Below are positions 1 through 11,349 of a stretch of DNA of 64,000 nucleotides, piece after piece. A program made the position numbers and the translations under genes. The stretch spans positions 34,162,001 through 34,226,000 of the forward strand of contig OX597817.1 in NCBI GenBank assembly GCA_951406725.2, in the 5' to 3' direction. The first letter of the stretch is position 1, and every line of letters starts with the position of its first letter. The notes under the pieces were generated by a model, which had not been told where the DNA came from, made no database searches, and saw only the letters and a program-made list of their open reading frames with translations. The stretch is from Octopus vulgaris (lineage: Eukaryota).

Positions 1-140
1 CTACCAAATCCACTCACAAGGCTTTGGTTGGTTCGAGGCTATAGTACAAGACACTTGCCCAAGGTGCCACGCAATGGGACTGAACCTGGAACCATGTGGT
101 TGGTAAGCAAGCTACTTACCACACAGCCACTCCTACACCT
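1..140 (-). mobile_element. SINE family A (tRNA-derived head plus CORE-like domain), 5' part cut by the window edge
   Basis: Matches the head of the full-length copies (e.g. 38052-38455). The minus strand reads GTGGCTGTGTGGTAAG (box A), GGTTCAGTCCC (box B), then CCTTGGGCAAGTGTCTT. Confidence 0.85.
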
Positions 141-334
141 TAGTATATATCTTCCTCACTCTTCACTTATACCATCATCATTGTCTTTGTCGTTATCATT
201 ATCGGCATCATCATTGTTGTTGTCGTCACCGTCGTCATCATCATCATCTTTATCATCATAACTGTTTCCATTTCTTTCTTCTGAGCTTTTATTGCTTCTG
301 GTTACCCACTGTTAGGTTCAGTGTGCTAAGAACA

Positions 335-790
335 ATCCATAATTCTTGATTTAATGACGCATATGCACACATATCAATGCTTTAATTTCTTTAGGCCATA
401 TGTGATCTGTATGAAGTAATCCAGGTTTTATTCTATCCTATCAGGCATCTTACGTACCATTCCAAATCTTCGCAGTAACCTAGCCACCAGATTTTTCATT
501 TCAACTGATTCCTTGTTGCCATTGAATTACATGGAACATCACCATGTAACAGTTTTTTTTTTATCATGTTCATTAATGTTCTGAAATAAAGAACAATTGA
601 TTCTCCATTACACAAGAGTTCTCAGCTGTTAATCTGTTTTTCTATGACTTAAATGGTCTTTATGCAACAGAACAATTAGTCCAATTATTATTAAAAATCC
701 TTTTTAATATACCAGATAAAATATTATCACTGACAGCTTCCAACTTTATATCATCGTGTTTTATAATGTCAGTTTCTACAAGATGTATAA
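335..790 (-). pseudogene. Gypsy integrase N-terminal (zinc-binding) region remnant
   Basis: DNILSGILKRIFNNNWTNCS, LHGDVPC..ATRNQLK*KIWWLGYCEDLEWYVRC and HIWPKEIKALICVHM resemble the H-x-H..WWPG..C-x2-C and PWSRVHMD segments of Gypsy integrases. Confidence 0.75.
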
Positions 791-825
791 AAGAATCATC
801 ACCACCAAAATTACACTCATCCAAT

Positions 826-1500
826 CATCATCATCATCACCATTTCATGTTTATGTCCCATGCTGGCATGAGTTGGATGGTTTGACAGGATCTGACGTGT
901 CCAAGGACTACATCATGCTCCAGTGACTTCTATGGCCAAATGTCCTTTCTAATGCCAACCTCATTACAACATGGACTGGGTGCTTTTATCATAGCACCTG
1001 CACTACTGAGGTTGCCATGCAGTTGGCAGAATTACAAACCCTGGGGAGGGTCTCAGCTTTATGTGAGTGGACAAAGGGATTGAAGGTGGGACATAGCAGG
1101 CTCTTATAGAGAAGCTGCATGGTTACTCACATTTAGCTGGGAAAATGGGGAGAGAGAAAATGAACTGTTTGGGGCTGCAAGTGATACATAATGGCAATAA
1201 GGTGTCTAGGTGGCTCCACAAGACACAACATGAGTTTGAAGAATTGGTATGCTAGGTCGTATGGGATGGAGAATATGGGGATGGTGAGGCAGATTGTGAG
1301 AATGGTAGGGTAGAAGGGTGGATGAGCAAAGAGCTATGAGTTGGGGGAGATAGAGGGATGCAGAAAAGAGTGGAAGGAATGTAGCAGGAGTAGAGAGAGA
1401 AGGATGATATGGTTTGGTAGTCTGCAGGAGCCAGTGTTGGTGAGGTGAGAAGAGGTAGGCCTAATGCACGAGTGAAGAGGAATGAGACTCTAATGTGTGT
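826..1500 (-). mobile_element. Old family D-related retroposon with (GAT)n tail and CT-rich upstream body
   Basis: (CAT)n followed by ccatgctggcatgagttggatggtttgac and ttctaatgccaacc, as in the other D copies. The body resembles 10570-10990 in the opposite orientation. Confidence 0.55.
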
Positions 1501-1683
1501 GCAGAAACCAGCATCATTAATAAATTCTAATCATCATTAATGCATCAACATATAAGTATATGAAATCTTTTTACATATAGTAATTTCATAGTCAAATATT
1601 GTTATATGTAAGGCCCATTTTAAAATGGGCCTTAAATATGTTATTTTGAGTAAATGACAATTTTTTACCAAAAATAATTTCCT

Positions 1684-1886
1684 GAAAGGAGCCTGTCATA
1701 TATATGTGTGTGTGTGTTTGTGTGTCGGTGTTTGTCCCCCCAACATCGCTTGACAACCAATGTTGGTGTGTTTATATCCCTGTAACTTAGCAGTTCAGCA
1801 AAAGAGACCGATAGAATAAGTACTAGGCTAACAAAGAATAAGTCCTGGGGTTGATTTGCTAGACTAAAGGCAGTGCTCCAGCATGA
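1684..1886 (+). mobile_element. SINE family A body fragment inserted in the Gypsy fossil
   Basis: Contains the shared block tttgtccccccaacatcgcttgacaacc...gcaaaagagaccgatagaataagtactagg. Confidence 0.85.
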
Positions 1887-1899
1887 TCTAAGATTTAAG

Positions 1900-2950
1900 G
1901 CCAATTTAAATTTTTCAACCAAATAGAAAATGTTGTACTCTTTCAATGCACCACGCAATTACAATGTTTCACTTTTGTTATTGGAGTATCTTGTTTCTGC
2001 TATGGTAAATGCTGTTGAATAGTATGATAAACTATGGGTGTCTTGTGAGAGTATTTCTGATAGTCTTTTGATTTGCATCACTTCTTTTATGACATCATAA
2101 ATCTGGACCATCGGCTTTGATACTAGTATCAGCTTTATATGTTCAAATGCCCTTTGTTATTGAACTCTCCCTGCAAATGGGACATCAGATTTATGAAGTG
2201 ATCCAAACACTGATATGATATATGATCTGAAGAATGGTCAATAAATCTTCCATAGAAATTATCAAGTCCAAGGAAAGATTCTAAATTCATTTTATCCTTT
2301 CATGATTTCACATCCATAATTCTTACAACTAAACAATGATCCGGTGAATGGCATACCCACCTTTGTCATTCTGTACCACTAAAAGACAAGTCATCAGTCT
2401 CCAATACAGATTTCATTCTATTTATCATTATGTTTGATAATTGTAATCCTTTTTTTGTGATCTTACGAATGTTGATGTATGCATTTTTAGCAGTTTTATC
2501 ACCAGTACATATTGACAGTATTATGAGTATCGTTTCCTACAGCATCTTCATTTTCTGTCTGAGACATATTGGTGGCGCTGTTAATTTTGTATTCAATACA
2601 TATCCATCCTAAAAGGCTCTTGAATGTATTTGTTATTGTAACTTCTTTTGCTTCAGAACATTGAAAATATGTCCCGTGTAAATCTAATTTAGCAAAATAT
2701 CATGCCAGAAAGAGAAGGAAATATTGATTGACTATTTGGATTTGGATAAAAATCTGAATATCTACTTTGTAGTCTTCATGTACTTTGAGATCTCTATCCG
2801 CCTTTGCACAATCACTAAAGGAGACACTCTGGAAGATACTTCATGCAAAAGACCTTTGTTAATTAGTTTCCTCAGCTTTACTGTGGCTAATGGTTTAATG
2901 TGTACTGATATCAGGCTTACCTCAAAGTAGCATTCCTTTGTAAAGCCTTA
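1900..2950 (-). pseudogene. Gypsy reverse transcriptase and RNase H remnant
   Basis: YFAKLDLHGTYFQ at 2661-2699, NLESFLGLDNFYGRFI at ~2240-2287, QRAFEHIKLILVSKPMVQIYD, and AETRYSN..AWCIERVQHFLFG. Confidence 0.85.
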
Positions 2951-3355
2951 CAACGTCTTAATTTCTAAATTTGTCCAGGAGTTTCAATCACGCAAATTTA
3001 TATCAAACCAAGCAAGTAAGCCATGAATTTCTTCTTTTCATACGCAGAAATCATAACATTTACAACTTCATAACCTCTACTCTCTTTTCAATTTCCATTA
3101 ATACATCAAATTTTATCAAAATTTCCATGACTGAGCCATCAAATAGTTTCTGTCTCAGATTTTACTCTCTCTTCAGATTGGTTAATTAGTTTATTCAAAT
3201 CCATCCACATGTTCTGAGATATAACATTTATCTGACTGCCAATGTCATTTTGCATTTTAACATTAACTTTAACAAGTTGACTTATTCATTGACTATTGTA
3301 ATGATTTTCAGAACAATTTTATAAATACTTGTAGAATCTTCTTTATCAATTTCCT

Positions 3356-4105
3356 CAACTCTTTTCCATATTTCTGTTAAAATACGATACCATAAATCCT
3401 CGAGTATAATCCGCAGTTTTTTGCCAAAATTTAAAGGTCAAAATCCCTAGTGCCAACAATATATGAGGTTAAAAATGAAAAATATTTTCTAAGCAATGTT
3501 TGAGTCTCTATTTGCTTGACTGGCAATTTTTATTCAGAGGCATTTTGTGATGTTGGGCACGAAAATACCATAAGCTAAGCCTGAAAGCAATGAAGTCATA
3601 AAAGAATCATCCATAACTTGCAGTAAGCAACATTTATTAAAAATAAAAGTATTCAGAACACAGAATAACATATAACAAAAACAATTTGCAAACATATTTA
3701 CATTCCCATATAACAGTTAAGAACATCACCATTATTGTATTACGCATGCGTGGAAGTGTTTGTTCGACTAGGTGCTGCTGGCTTAATTACGCATGACTCA
3801 TGTTAGAGAAAGGGTGCGTATTATACACAAGGTTTAGCTTTTACAGAGGTACAGCCCTCTAAAAATCCCCTGCATATTATACTCAAGGGCAGACTATACT
3901 CGAGGATTTATGGTACTTTTCTTCGGTCAGTTTTGAAAATACTGGAAAATTTCATGAAATAACTAAGTCATTAAAGCTGGTGTTTAAAACATAAATTAAT
4001 ATGAAACGTTATTGGAAGGTTTAAATTTGATGAATTTAAATTGGAAGTTTGTGGCTTAGAACCAGACAGAAGCAGTATCAAGCATGTCAATATGAAAAGG
4101 GTTAA
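3356..4105. mobile_element. Degenerate piggyBac-like TTAA MITE (same family as 22743-22964), split by a Tc2-like element
   Basis: Left part is aactcttttccatatttctgttaaaatac, and the right end is gaaaagggttaa. The internal similarity to 22743-22964 resumes after 3915. Confidence 0.55.
3390..3913. mobile_element. Non-autonomous Tc1/mariner-superfamily (Tc2/pogo-like) DNA transposon
   Basis: Perfect 19-bp TIR ccataaatcctcgagtata / tatactcgaggatttatgg, flanked by TA on both sides. A subterminal tattatac motif is repeated near the right end. Confidence 0.85.
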
Positions 4106-5323
4106 TATAAGTTTTTACCAAATAGAAAACATTTTGATGGTGCATGCTTATACCCACGCATAAGAGACATTTATAATCAGATTTATTCTTGTTAGCATGT
4201 GACTCAGATATATCAAGATCATTCTTAATCACTTTCTTTCTTCTTTTTTTGTTTTGATTCACTTATCAGAAATTTAGAAATCATTTTAAGCCATTGGATG
4301 CATTCATTGCCTACATTAAGCAGCAGATCACCTGATCGATGGTATTCTAATGCTTTTGCTTGATGTTCAGATGATAGCATGCCATCTAAGAGTCTTACAT
4401 GAACCATATCATCTGCACTCTGTCCTTCAGTTCCATCAAATTTCATGAAATTCTCAGGCAAGCTGGCTTTCATAATCTTGTAGAATAACCTTGACTAGAT
4501 TTATTTAACTTTTGATGTTGTGATAAGAATATGACCCTTTTAGTAATTATCAATTTCTTTTGGTTTAGTCAAAATCTTACACTACTATGATTCAATGTTT
4601 CAACTTTATGATCAAAAGTTTCATTTAACTGATTGGTCAAACTGTTATATCAAACTAGTAGCTGCCTTAAATAAACCCAGTCACATGCAAGCATGCAATA
4701 ATATTAGAATAACAATTTCACCACACAAATTATATTAGTTTATTCCAGTAGTCTTTGAAGATTTTCTTCACTGCCAGTCTGACAAACTTGATATTATCTT
4801 AAATTTGCCTTAGCCATACTGGAGCACCAACTTTATGGGTGATGTTTATTTTGAACTTATGTTTGTAGGAGGAAAGTATGGACATCTGTATAACTTTAGA
4901 ATGATATAGTTGTGTGATATAAAGATTTGGAAAAGTGTTTAGCATGAGGACCAAATGGCAGGGAATATATAGTAAGGGTGAAAGTGGGGATGAATGGATT
5001 TATTGTGATAAGTTTGGCAAGTTAAGAGGACCTGACGTTTGCTGTGTTGGTGGAAGAAACAAGGTGGATGCTGTATAGGAAAAGGCTTCGTTGGAGTATG
5101 TTGATCATTGAAGGTTTGCTTATTTGGTTGGTGTTGTTCATTTCCAGTGTCACCTAATAGTTTTTTTTATATATCAGTGACTTATCTCTCTTGAGCCATG
5201 AAGGAATTCCTACACAAGTGGTTCTCAACCAGTTTTTCGCTCCTTTGATTCCTATTTTATTTGGGTGAACCCTCATAGCTATTTGATGTTTAAAAAACCA
5301 TATTATATTTTTGTAATTAAATA

Positions 5324-5889
5324 TTGGATTGTCCGGAAAGTTCGTGCCGATTTTTAAAGGAAAGATAAAGGTCAATAAATACTTGCCATTACATTTTTAA
5401 TCAACCAGATATGAACCATTTTGTTGCACAATGCGTCTCCATCTTTCCTTTAACTTGAAAATTACCCTCTTCCCAGAATTGAGGTGGTTTTATGGCAAAG
5501 AATTCATCAAGGTATTTCTTTATGTCATCCAAGAATTTGAAATTTTTACCATTAAGACTATTCTGCAGAGACCTGAATAAGTGGAAATCCGAAGGAGCAA
5601 TATCTGGTGAATATGGAAGGTGAGGTAACACATCCCAGCCAAGCTGCAGCAATTTTTGTTTGGTTCCCAAAGCATCAAGTTCCGAAAATGAACTTTCTTA
5701 TCTTCCATTTTAAAGGGTTACAGAATTAACACAGGTTATCAGAACATAAACCTTCTCCACGAAAAGATAGCTTAAACTGTGCTCTAAATGGAGGTGTTGT
5801 CAAATCCTATTTTATGGACTCAACCATGTTCTAAAATAAGTCGAAAGGTAAGCTACTATAAATCGGCACAAACTTTCCAGACAACCCAA
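5324..5889 (-). mobile_element. Internally deleted mariner transposon (566 bp)
   Basis: 30-bp TIRs ttggattgtccggaaagttcgtgccgattt / aaatcggcacaaactttccagacaacccaa (3 mismatches) with a TA TSD, enclosing transposase remnants. Confidence 0.93.
5401..5708 (-). pseudogene. Mariner transposase remnant: N-terminal start joined out of frame to the C-terminal catalytic end
   Basis: MEDKKVHFRNLMLW is the start in one frame. LGWDVLPHLPYSPDIAPSDFHLFRSLQNSL (YSPDLAPSD motif) is in another frame. Confidence 0.9.
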
Positions 5890-6661
5890 TATTATTAGGA
5901 ATTGTATTAAAAAATATTAAGATATTTTGTGTATTATAGAAATGTTGCCTATTTATTGCACACAAATCTTAACAAAAAAAGTCTTGTACAGACCCATAAG
6001 GGTCATAATGACTCTGGTTGGGAACCACCAGTCTACACAGTCATTTGATCCACTAAAAATAGCAACCAAATTTTACCCAAATCGCATCTCATCATTTTAA
6101 CAAAGAAAGGACACACTGGTTAATTAGTTTGACAAAATAAAATAAGATGGTTATGGCCGGAATGCTTTTGATCACAGGTTTACTTGATCAGGGTTGATCC
6201 AGGGTTAAATAACAGAAACAATAACAGCAACGACCTGGTTACTTTTAATTGAAGTGGATCATTAAGTTGTCAGAAGCACAATGAAAAATGGTCTTTAATC
6301 AGCTGTTAACCTTGCAATCTAAACACTGGCACCTATGTTAGCTTGACCTGCTATGAATCTCTACTCAAGCTTAAGTGAACACAAGATGTTTCCTGTCTCC
6401 TTCAAGATTATTTTGGTGTGAAATGGCTTGTTAAAATGTTCTTTAAAGAGAGAGAGAGAGAGAAGTACTTCTCACATATTGTTGGACAAATTGGCTGCTA
6501 CAGACACACAACATTCTGAATAAATTTGCCATCCAATTGATTAGTAAAACTTTTCTCACAATCACACTTTTCTTCTTGAGTTCCAAGACTCATACAACCA
6601 GTTACCTACTTTCTATAACATATAACTGATTGAAATCACAAAACCCCACCTGAAAGGATAT

Positions 6662-6876
6662 CAGTCTGTTGCAAGGTACAAGGCCAGAAATTTTGAGCGG
6701 CGGGGCAAGTTGATTACATCAACCCCAGTACTTGACTGGTTCTTTATTTTATTGACCCTAAAGGGATAAAAGGAAAAGTTGATCTTGGTAAGATTTGAAC
6801 TCTGAATATAAAGTACTAGAAAAATGCTGCTAAATATTTTGCCCATTACACTAATGATTCTGCTCCTCTGCTACCT
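6662..6876 (-). mobile_element. SINE family B, diverged
   Basis: Reverse complement of the gagttcaaat..cttttatcccttt.gggtcaataaaata..accag block shared with the other B copies. Confidence 0.7.
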
Positions 6877-7047
6877 TCACAAAACACATTACAATTTGAC
6901 CCATTTGCATCTTTACTGAAATCCATTCTATTACAAGCATCTGGGTCATATCTTCAGTCTAAAGTTGACCAGCCATGGGGGATCCACCTTTGACTGACCA
7001 TTAAATGTACTTAGATAAAAATTAAACAAAAAAAATTAAATAACATA

Positions 7048-7360
7048 CACAGGATAGTTATGTGGTTAAGAAGCTTGCCTTGCAACTACTTGGTTTTAGG
7101 TTCAGTTCCGCTGTGTGGCACTTTGGCCAAAAATCTTCTACTAAAGCTCTGGGCTGAAAATACTTTGTGAGTGAATTTGGAAGACACATCTATGCATATT
7201 TTTGTGTTTGTCCCACATCACTCTTTGATAACTCTGACAACCAGTTTGTTTAAGTCCCTGTAACTTAGCGGTTCAGCAAAAAAACTACTGGAGTTGCTAT
7301 GTTTTCCCCCCAGCATGGCTGCAGTTCATTGACTGAGACAAATAAAAAATAAAAGATAAA
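7048..7360 (+). mobile_element. SINE family A, diverged
   Basis: tgtggttaagaagcttgcc..ggttcagttcc head, ccctgtaacttagcggttcagcaaaa body and aaaagataaaa tail. Confidence 0.75.
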
Positions 7361-7649
7361 AACCAATATAGTGTATCTTCATGTTGTTAATTCTAACATT
7401 GTGCATCAGTTCCTGTGTCACCTGATTCATCCATCTCTCTTTCTTCCTCTTGTAAGTCCTTCTGTATCTTTCCCTCAAAATCTGCACCAAACACATCACC
7501 CAAAACGTTTATCCCCAAACTGCAATCCTTTGAAACCCTTTCCTGCCTGGCACACTTTCTATGCATATCAACTGACAGAGGATGAAGGTGGAATAAACAT
7601 TTCCCCATGCAGAAACTGCAGGGGTTACTCAAAGATATTGCATTCTCTT

Positions 7650-7902
7650 TGAGCTGGCAGGCGTTATGTCAAGGCGGCGAGCTAGCAGAAACGTTAGCAC
7701 ACCGGGTGAAATGCTCAGCGGTATTGCGTCTGTCGTTGCGTTCTGAGTTCAAATTCCACCAAGGTCGACTTTGCCTTTCATCCTTTCGGGGTCGATAAAT
7801 TAAGTACCAGTTACACACTGGGGTCGATGTAATCGACTTAATCCGTTTGTCTGTCCTTGTTTGTCCCCTCTATGTTTAGCCCCTTGTGGGCAATAAGAAA
7901 AC
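7650..7902 (+). mobile_element. SINE family B, young copy with 17-bp TSD
   Basis: Head ggcggcgagctagcagaa at 7673, box B gagttcaaattcc, and the central gcctttcatcctttcggggtcgataaattaagtaccag block (resembles the Meta/MESC-type domain). TSD agatattgcattctctt at 7633-7649 and 7903-7919. Confidence 0.92.
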
Positions 7903-7919
7903 AGATATTGCATTCTCTT

Positions 7920-8320
7920 CTGAATCCATTGCAATGTATCATCAGCAGCTGTCCTGGGATCTCAAGTGTTTTGCCCCTTAACTTGTACACTTCATCTGAA
8001 TGGGGAAGTGAAGACTGAATTAGTCATTGCCTATGGAAGGGTTTCCCTTGTGATCTCTTGTCAGCCACAACTACCTTGAGCTGGTTTCAGCTACCATGCT
8101 TATCTCTTTGGTGGCTTTCTTCAGTTGTTTGGGCTTCAGACCAATCTTCTACTGGAAATAGTGAACCATCTAGGTGGAAAGCTTTGACAACCGACTTCAA
8201 TAGGGTATGAGGCTGTATCCTATCCCTTGATAATGACCTTGTTGACCATGTCTTGATATTTGGTTTTCTTTAGCTGGTGAGAATTTTTGAGTTTGTCTGC
8301 CAGAGTACTCGCTATTCCTT
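7920..8320 (-). mobile_element. 3' end of a restriction-like-endonuclease non-LTR retrotransposon (HERO-like)
   Basis: Minus translation SHQLKKTKYQDMV..G*..YPIEVGCQSF..KKATKEISMVAETSSR*LWLTR matches the RLE K..KY, PVEVGCRGF and AE.SS.WLW motifs. Confidence 0.75.
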
Positions 8321-9620
8321 TTTCTCAGACTTAACCGTTGAAAAAAAAAAAAAAAAATGTTTCTCTTATCCTTCCTCTTTATTTAGTTTATTATTGCTGT
8401 CTTCTAGTAAGCATGAAGCTTAAGTAGGAAGGAAATAGAACTTGTGCAGTCATGCTTTTCTCATAGACATAAAAGATTAAGTAAAGGGAATAGTGGAATA
8501 GTTACAACTAGGAATAAAAATTTAATTGTAAACTCGGATTGTTACGAGCTTACTTTCTACTCTATTGCACTCAGCTACTGTAATGTTAATAATTGATATT
8601 TCTGTATTGATGAAATAGTATACTTGCATTATTATAGATTATTAAAATGCCTCTACTTCTTTTGCAATTTTTATCCATCCAGCCAAGCAGACTTTGTTCA
8701 GTGATTGTTTTATCCATACTATCATTTCCAATGACATAACACTGTACTAGTTTGGTACAAAGGGACTAAAATTGAACCAACAATCATATTGTGTTGATAT
8801 GAACTTATGCCAAGTTATCTTTGTTCTTCCTCATTTTCCGGGTTTTTTTTTTACCCTCTATTCTTTTTAACTGGTTGTTATTGTTATTGTCACAAATATT
8901 AGTACTACCACCATTGTTACCATGTGTTCAATAGGTGCAAAAGATAGTATCTTTCCAAGTTTTGCAGTCTGTTTTCATTTAGTCTATGAAGTTCAAACTT
9001 CTAAGGTCCAATATTGTTTTTCTCACCCATGCCCCTATAATAATCTGCAGTAGCTTTTCACTTAATATGCATCATATATTCATTTGATATACTTATTTCC
9101 ATGCAATCACTCTTGTTACATAAATTAGCATTCTTCTTTCACAATTCTTAGCTTTTCCAATTTATTTTCACCCAACCTATCACATTACATATCCAACCAA
9201 CCTCACTCTACTCAATTCTCTTCAATCTCTACAGTTTTCAGTGTTTGTTTCTCATATATCAACCCCAACACTATGTTACACTATTATTCAATCCTTGTTT
9301 TAGAAAGTTTCATCTCCACAACGAACCACTTATCAGTCACTTCGGTATTTCATCAATAATTTCTTAGCTTATTTTTTCCTACTTCTTCTGTGCTTACCTG
9401 CTCTTATCTTAGAAGAGTTTGATATTTATTGCTGTCCCTTGAACATATAGTATCTGTAGTATGATTTGTTTTTTGTGTCTTCTAAGAATGAAGGAAAACA
9501 TCGTCCATAATCATTTACAGGGCCTCCATGATTGGTTGGAGGGTTGGATGGAGAGAGAGAAGTATATGCAAACCTGGTCTGAATGCTTGCAACAGAATAG
9601 ATAGGTGCCAAGGCACCAGA

Positions 9621-9834
9621 TCTTGTCTTGTCTTGAAACAGCATTCACCCGGGGTGAGTTGAGCTGGCTTCATTCATCCTCAATGCTGCATCTCTCACAA
9701 ACGCCAACCAGGCCTGACGATTTGAGGCTAACGACCGCATGATCTCCAACCACTCCCTATTCCAGCAGCGAATGCTGTAGACATGGGGGCCTAGGTTGGG
9801 TTCCAGATCAGCCTTGACTGTCATCAGCCAGGTT
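9621..9834 (-). mobile_element. 5'-truncated RTE-type LINE 3' end with (CAAGA)n tail
   Basis: Minus translation TWLMTVKADLEPNLGPHVYSIRCWNREWLEIMRSLASNRQAWLAFVRDA..STHPG*, followed by caagacaagacaaga. Confidence 0.75.
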
Positions 9835-10020
9835 AGGCTCTTAGTTCAAATCTAACTGTGGCTCTCAAAGGAGGTAGACTTCATCCATTGCCCAATTTAA
9901 CATCATCATCTGGTACCTTGACAGACAACGAAGGACAAGGTACCAGATGATGTAAAATTGAGCAATGGATGAAGTCTACCTCCTTTGTGAGCCACGGTTA
10001 GATTTGAACTTAGAGCCTAA
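9833..10020. repeat. Fold-back inverted repeat, ~85-88-bp arms with a 15-bp spacer
   Basis: 9833-9920 is the reverse complement of 9936-10020 with a few mismatches and one small indel. Confidence 0.95.
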
Positions 10021-10039
10021 GAAAAAGCTAGACTAACAT

Positions 10040-10160
10040 TGTTATTGTACCACCAATCCACCCTCCTTAATTGCATGTGCATATGTGTGTGTGAGTGTGT
10101 CCATGCATGTGTTTACTTTTGTGCTTATTTACACACACACATACACACACACACACATGT

Positions 10161-10196
<36 letters not shown>

Positions 10197-10355
10197 CAAG
10201 CTTCTATACAGTTTCAGTTTGTCAAATCTCACTCACAAGGCACTGGTTAAGCTGTGACTATAATAGAGACTTATCTAAGATACCACACAATGGGACTACA
10301 CCCAAAACCATATGGTTGCTAAGCAAATTTCTTACCCACACAGCCAAACCTGCAT
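10040..10355 (-). mobile_element. SINE family A, diverged, with internal (CA)n
   Basis: Contains cagtttcagtttgtcaaatctcactcacaagg...tgggactacacccaaaaccatatggttgc. Confidence 0.7.
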
Positions 10356-10569
10356 CTAGATCCAATTCCAGAGCTAATTAACTTATTTAGTTATTTTCTA
10401 AAATTAGTAACGGTTTTTGAATTAGCATACCTATTCTAATATTTCTACATGCCTGATACTTACGTGGCATTGAAAATTCTTGACTACCTACAAGCACATC
10501 ATAACATTATTTTCTTGGATGAGGTACTCTCAATAATGTTGACCACTATGTGATTGTTACTTATTTTAT

Positions 10570-10990
10570 CTTCTCCTCTCCATTTACCACTATCCTTTCA
10601 CAATTTTATGAACCCACCCACTCACCCTCTCCAATCTCTGGTTCACTCACCCTCTCTCACACCCATCTCATCTTCACCATCTTCTCTCTCCTCTCCCTCT
10701 CCCCACCTGAGGTAACCAAATTTTCCTCTCTAATGTAAGACTCCTTTTTCTGTCCCTCTGTACTACTCCTTTCAGTTGAGGGGTCTTGTTTTGCAAGTTA
10801 CTTGGCAACTTCATTGATGCTGGTGCTACATAAAAAGTATCCAGTATACTGTGTCATGTGGTCGGCATTAGGAAGAGCATCCAGCCAATGCAGACAACAG
10901 GTTTGGTGCAGATTTCTGACTTGCCAGTTTCTGTCAAACTGTCCAACCCATACCAGCATGGAAAACCGATGTTAAATGATAATGATTATG
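10570..10990 (+). mobile_element. Old family D-related retroposon
   Basis: ggcattaggaagagcatccagcc, gtccaacccataccagcatggaaa and a (GAT)-like tail. Confidence 0.6.
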
Positions 10991-11113
10991 ATGGCTTCAG
11001 AAGGATGACAGGCAATATCAACTCAAGCATGATTCAAACTGGAAGGCATCTCATCTTCCACTCTGCTCAAATGATTTTGCCAGTCCACCTACTAACAATA
11101 GAATTAATTTCAT

Positions 11114-11349
11114 TGGCGGTGAGCTGGTAGAAACGTTAGCTCGTCGGGCGAAATGCTTAGTGGTATTTTGTCTGTCACTACGTTCTGAGTTCAAATTCCG
11201 CCGAGGTCAACTTTACCTTTCATCCTTTTGGGGTTGATTAAATAAGTACCAGTTATGCACTGGGGTCAATATAATCAACTTAATTCATTTGTCTGTTCTT
11301 GTTTGTCCCCTCTGTGTTTAGCCCCTTGTGGACAATAAAGAAATAAAAA
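11114..11349 (+). mobile_element. SINE family B with TSD, abutting an older opposite-strand B copy (~11355-11550)
   Basis: Full head to aataaagaaat tail, with aatttcatt duplicated on both sides. Confidence 0.88.

Larger units (their letters stand above)
335..4800 (-). mobile_element. Decayed Ty3/Gypsy LTR retrotransposon internal region (gag-RT-RNaseH-integrase), interrupted by later insertions
   Basis: Manual minus-strand translation gives motifs in Gypsy order: gag-like DDMVHVRLLDGM..EHQAKALEY (ORF 4225-4473), KADRDLKVHEDYKV, YFAKLDLHGTYFQ, NLESFLGLDNFYGRFI, QRAFEHIKLIL, AETRYSN, ILKWAL..FDYEI, KIWWLGYCEDLEWYVRC and HIWPKE..VHM. There are many stops and frameshifts. No LTRs were recognised. 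Confidence 0.85.
5216..6030. mobile_element. hAT (Charlie-like) MITE hosting a mariner insertion
   Basis: Ends aagtggttctcaacc / ggttgggaaccacca fit the CAGTGGTTCYCAACC type. The imperfect 8-bp TSD is tcctacac / gtctacac. Confidence 0.7.

Noticed and set aside
9399-9454. Minus-strand AG...GTAAGC exon candidate
   Set aside because: It has stops in all three frames and a weak pyrimidine tract.
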